This document shows, piece by piece, positions 60,445 through 64,000 of a DNA stretch of 64,000 nt. Position 1 is the first letter of the stretch. Every line of letters begins with the position of its first letter. The translations under genes were made by a program, and so were the position numbers. Under the pieces are notes generated by a model. It searched no databases, was not told where the DNA came from, and was given only the letters and a program-made list of their open reading frames with translations. Source of the DNA: Sphaerodactylus townsendi (lineage: Eukaryota); assembly GCF_021028975.2 (NCBI RefSeq), contig NC_059425.1:16182001-16246000 (forward strand), read 5' to 3'.

Positions 60445-60574
60445 NNNNNNNNNNNNNNNNNNNNNNNNNNNNNNNNNNNNNNNNNNNNNNNNNNNNNNNN
60501 NNNNNNNNNNNNNNNNNNNNNNNNNNNNNNNNNNNNNNNNNNNNNNNNNNNNNNNNNNNNNNNNNNNNNNNNNN
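60445..60574. other. Assembly gap in the PTX-F 3' UTR
   Basis: Run of N. Confidence 1.
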
Positions 60575-60762
60575 CCCTTTCTCTCCTGCAGGAGACTCAA
60601 AGGGGCTTACAATCTCCTTGCCCTTCCCCCCTCACAACAAACACCCAGTGAGGTAGGTGGGGCTGAGAGAGCTCTGAGAAGCTGTGACTAGCCCAAGGTC
60701 ACCCAGCTGGCGTGTGTGGGAGTGTACAGGCTAATCTGATTTCCCCACATAAGCCTCCACAG
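60575..60762 (-). mobile_element. 5'-truncated Squam3-like SINE in the PTX-F 3' UTR
   Basis: Reverse complement of 22995-23181. Absent from the C, D and E UTRs. Confidence 0.85.
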
Positions 60763-60936
60763 CGATGTAATAGGTACTGCTTCAGTAGTACAATGGCTAC
60801 TATATGGACTACAGTTACTACGTTGTTATTTGAGATTAGTAGAGCAGTATTTATGGACTGAATTATCCTGCAGAAATGTTCGGTTAACTTGCTCTCCCCT
60901 CTCCGCCTTCCTAGACCAGTGTGTCATTTGCCACCC

Positions 60937-61568
60937 CTACCCAGCTCTTTGGGCAGACAGCAAGACAGGCTTAACAAGGGCATAGCCTCTGATGCTGTAA
61001 CTCAATGATCTCCAGTTAATCAGGTAGCCAGGAAGAGGGTAGTTGTGAAAGGCAAGGACCACCTCGTCGGGGCACAGAATACGGTCCCACATATACAAGT
61101 CTGTGATCTCCCCTACAAAGGATTGGTTGATATCAAAGCCCCCTCCAAAGGTATCCTGTTCTTGCCCGATAACAATGGATCCTTCAGCACTGACGGAGTG
61201 ACCTTTCTGCAAGCTCTTCCGGACCAAGGGCTTCTCGTTCACCCAGAGCTCAACTAAACCTGTGGCAGACTCCCAACTTACGCAAACGTGCTCCCCAACA
61301 GAGTTACTGGTTAATATTTCCGGAACCGTGAAGTCTACTTTGGTAAGCCCCTCTATATAAAGCTCGTAGCCAATATTGTTTCTGTTGAGAAGAATCTCGT
61401 TGTCAGTCCTCTTGCTTGCGTAAGAGAAAAGGGGTTGGATGTGCTTTATTTCTGTGAGGTATCTTAGGCACAGGGTGAAGCTCGTCAGGGGCTGCTGGAT
61501 CGTGGTCTTCAAGCGTGCATGGGCTGTGTCTGATGCCTCCGGGAAAACCAATGCCTTCCCTTCCAGAT
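60937..61568 (-). CDS. PTX-F exon 2, short pentraxin domain; spliced product 231 aa
   Basis: Acceptor ctcctcag|AT, HVCVSWES, DNE, GQEQDTFGGGFDINQSFVG. Intact ORF. Confidence 0.95.
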
Positions 61569-62672
61569 CTGAGGAGGGAAAGAGAATCAGGGTTGGGCAA
61601 AACTGTCATTCTGCAAGAGAGGTTATGTCCCAGAGGGTCTTTTGTGCAAAACATTTGCTTGCTGATTGAGAATATATATTAATTCAGAGGGCAAATGAAT
61701 AAATGATTCCCCTTCCCCCCAACAAGAGAGAGATTCTCTTCCAACCCACCTGTTGCCTAACTGGCCACATTCTTCAGCCACTAGCCCAAGGATCTGCAAC
61801 CTGTGGCTCTCCAGATGTTCATGAACTACAATTCCCATCAGCCCCTGCCAGCATCGGCCATGCTGGCATGGGCTGATGGGAATTGTAGTTCATGAACATC
61901 TGGAGAGCCGCAGGTTGCAGACCCCTGCTTAGCCTAACCTAGCCTGGCCCCCAGTCAGAGTCAACCAAACCAGTCACCTCATAGCACACAGCTCAAGCTG
62001 TTGGGTGGAGGAGGAGAATTAAATGCAACCATGAAAATCGGGGGGGGGGGGGGGCTCATTCCCAGGAAGAGGGAATCTCCAAACAGAATCTCCCAACTGC
62101 ATAATCTTGTTCAAGGAAAATGCTTTGTGTTCAGAAGCTGTGCTGACTGCTGAGGGTTTTCCAGGACGCGTAGCCCTGGTCTGGTTGTTTTTGTGGCTAA
62201 GGTTTTGCTGCATCTATGACCGGCATCTTTAGAGGCATGTCATGGTAAGATGTACTCCTCTCCATCCCGTGGTGTGGAGTGGAGTGATTGTGCCATGGGG
62301 TGTTTGTTTTCACACATGGACCGAAGAGTGAGGTAAACAAAAGAGATATCCCATCACACAATCGCTCCACACTGTGCCACAGAGATGATCTTATCTTTTT
62401 TGTGACATGCCTCCAAAGATGCCTGCCATAGATGCAAGTATAATGTTTGGAGCAAAACCTACCAGACTAGAAATCTCTCAACACTGTCAACAGCTAATTG
62501 ATTCTGGCTGTGAAAGCCTTTGACAATACATAACTGTATTAGTCTGCTGTAGATCTCTCATATGCTTTTCCCTTAAAATATTATTGGCATCTAATGTGCT
62601 ACTGGAGTCACATCTAGATGCTTCGGCTGAAGCATGTGGAGGCTCTTGTCCCACTGTGATGATGATACCCAC

Positions 62673-62736
62673 CTTCCAGGGCGAGAGAGCCCACGAGGCT
62701 GATGAGGAGGAGGAGAGAGAGGAGCATCTTCTGCAT
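62673..62736 (-). CDS. PTX-F exon 1, signal peptide MQKMLLSLLLLISLVGSLALE
   Basis: 64-bp phase-1 exon, donor G|gtgggt. Confidence 0.93.
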
Positions 62737-63478
62737 GATGGCCAATCCCAGAGGGATCCAAGTAGAGATGGAGCAGTGTTGGAGAAGTGAGGATTGCTCA
62801 GTGTCTTGTCTCCTTCACAGGCCGATTCTGAACTGGAAGCTGAAAAGCCCTTCCAAAATATGAACTGAGAAGGGTGAGGCAGGATATTTATGCAGCAATG
62901 TCCTGGGGTAGGTTAGGTATCTGGGAGCAGCCGGCATGTGGTCTCTGGTTACACACATTTATTTGGAGGAGAGGTTCAACGTAGCAGAAACAATAAAAAT
63001 TGTAATGGAAGGGTGAGGTAGGATGTTTATTCAGTACAGTCCTGGGGTAGGTACCTGAGAGCAGCTGGCGTACGTCTCTGGTTACATAAATGCCTTTGAA
63101 AAAGGGGGTTTGACATGGCAGGAACTATAAAAATTGTAATGGAACATAAAAGAAGTATCTCCAGTCCTCACAATGGCAGAGCTGGTTTCTCACACGACAC
63201 TGAAAAGGGAGATCCGAAGGGGGTCATGTTGAACTATTTGTTGATCAATCAACACCAGCTGGCTTCTAGGAGACAAGCATGAATGAGACCACCCGCCTGT
63301 CAATCACTCATGAATGAGACCACCCGCCTGTCAATATCAGTAGTCTTCTTCAACCGGTACCAGCTCTCCATCGTCTTTGGTGAGAAGGTCTTTTACATCA
63401 CTTACTGACTGGTCTTTTTAACTGGAGATATCAGGGATCGAACCTGCGATCTTCTGTATACAAAGTGTGCGAACGCCT

Positions 63479-64000
63479 CATAAGAACATAAGAACAAGCC
63501 AGCTGGATCAGACCACAGTCCATCTAGTCCAGCTCTCTGCTACTCGCAGTGGCCCACCAGGTGCCTTTGGGAGCTCACATGCAGGATGTGAAAGCAATGG
63601 CCTTCTGCTGCTGCTGCTGCTCCTGAGCACCTGGTCTGCTAAGGCATTTGCAATCTCAGATCAAAGAGGATCAAGATTGGTAGCCATAGATCGACTTCTC
63701 CTCCATAAATCTGTCCAAGGCCCTTTTAAAGCTGTCCAGGTTAGTGGCCATCACCACCTCCACCTGTGGCAGCATATTCCAAACACCAATCACACGTTGC
63801 GTGAAGAAGTGTTTCCTTTTATTAGTCCTAATTCTTCTCCCCAGCATTTTCAATGGATGCCCCCTGGTTCTAGTATTGTGAGAAAGAGAGAAAAATGTCT
63901 CTCTGTCAACATTTTCTACCCCATGCATAATTTTGTAGACTTCAATCATATCCCCCCTCAGACGTCTCCTCTCCAAAGAGTCCCAAACGCTGCAGCCTCT
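63479..64000 (-). mobile_element. CR1 LINE 3' portion running off the window end
   Basis: ERRRLRGDMIEVYK..YGYQS*, 3' UTR and taagaaca tail. Confidence 0.93.

Noticed and set aside
63278-63335. 31-bp tandem duplication catgaatgagaccacccgcctgtcaat
   Set aside because: Only two copies and no recognisable motif. An ordinary local duplication.

Overview
Vertebrate genomic DNA from a squamate reptile; a gecko is inferred from the Squam3-type SINEs and the CR1, L2, Dong, Penelope and hAT repertoire. The window holds a tandem and inverted cluster of six two-exon short-pentraxin (CRP/SAP-like) genes, here labelled PTX-A to PTX-F. Each has a 64-70 bp signal-peptide exon ending in a phase-1 GT donor and a ~630 bp pentraxin-domain exon. 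A (2383-5587, +) is a divergent intact gene with a canonical Ca2+ site. B (22398-25787, +) is frameshifted and is a probable pseudogene. C (+) and D, E, F (-) are a recent expansion. In these four the frameworks are nearly identical, the ligand-binding face is hypervariable, ancestry is mosaic as expected from gene conversion, there are extra cysteines, and each promoter has been remodelled differently. The best candidate for an undescribed system is this diversified array of secreted pattern-recognition pentraxins. The rest is transposon-rich: a full-length chromodomain Ty3/Gypsy element with both LTRs and a TSD, two solo LTRs, CR1, L2, Rex1 and R4/Dong LINE fragments (Dong sits in TAA microsatellites), Penelope pseudo-LTRs carrying minimal hammerhead ribozyme motifs, two Helitrons, many hAT MITEs with 8-bp TSDs, SINEs, microsatellites and three N gaps. 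All calls were made by eye, and residue numbering relies on recalled human CRP/SAP sequences.
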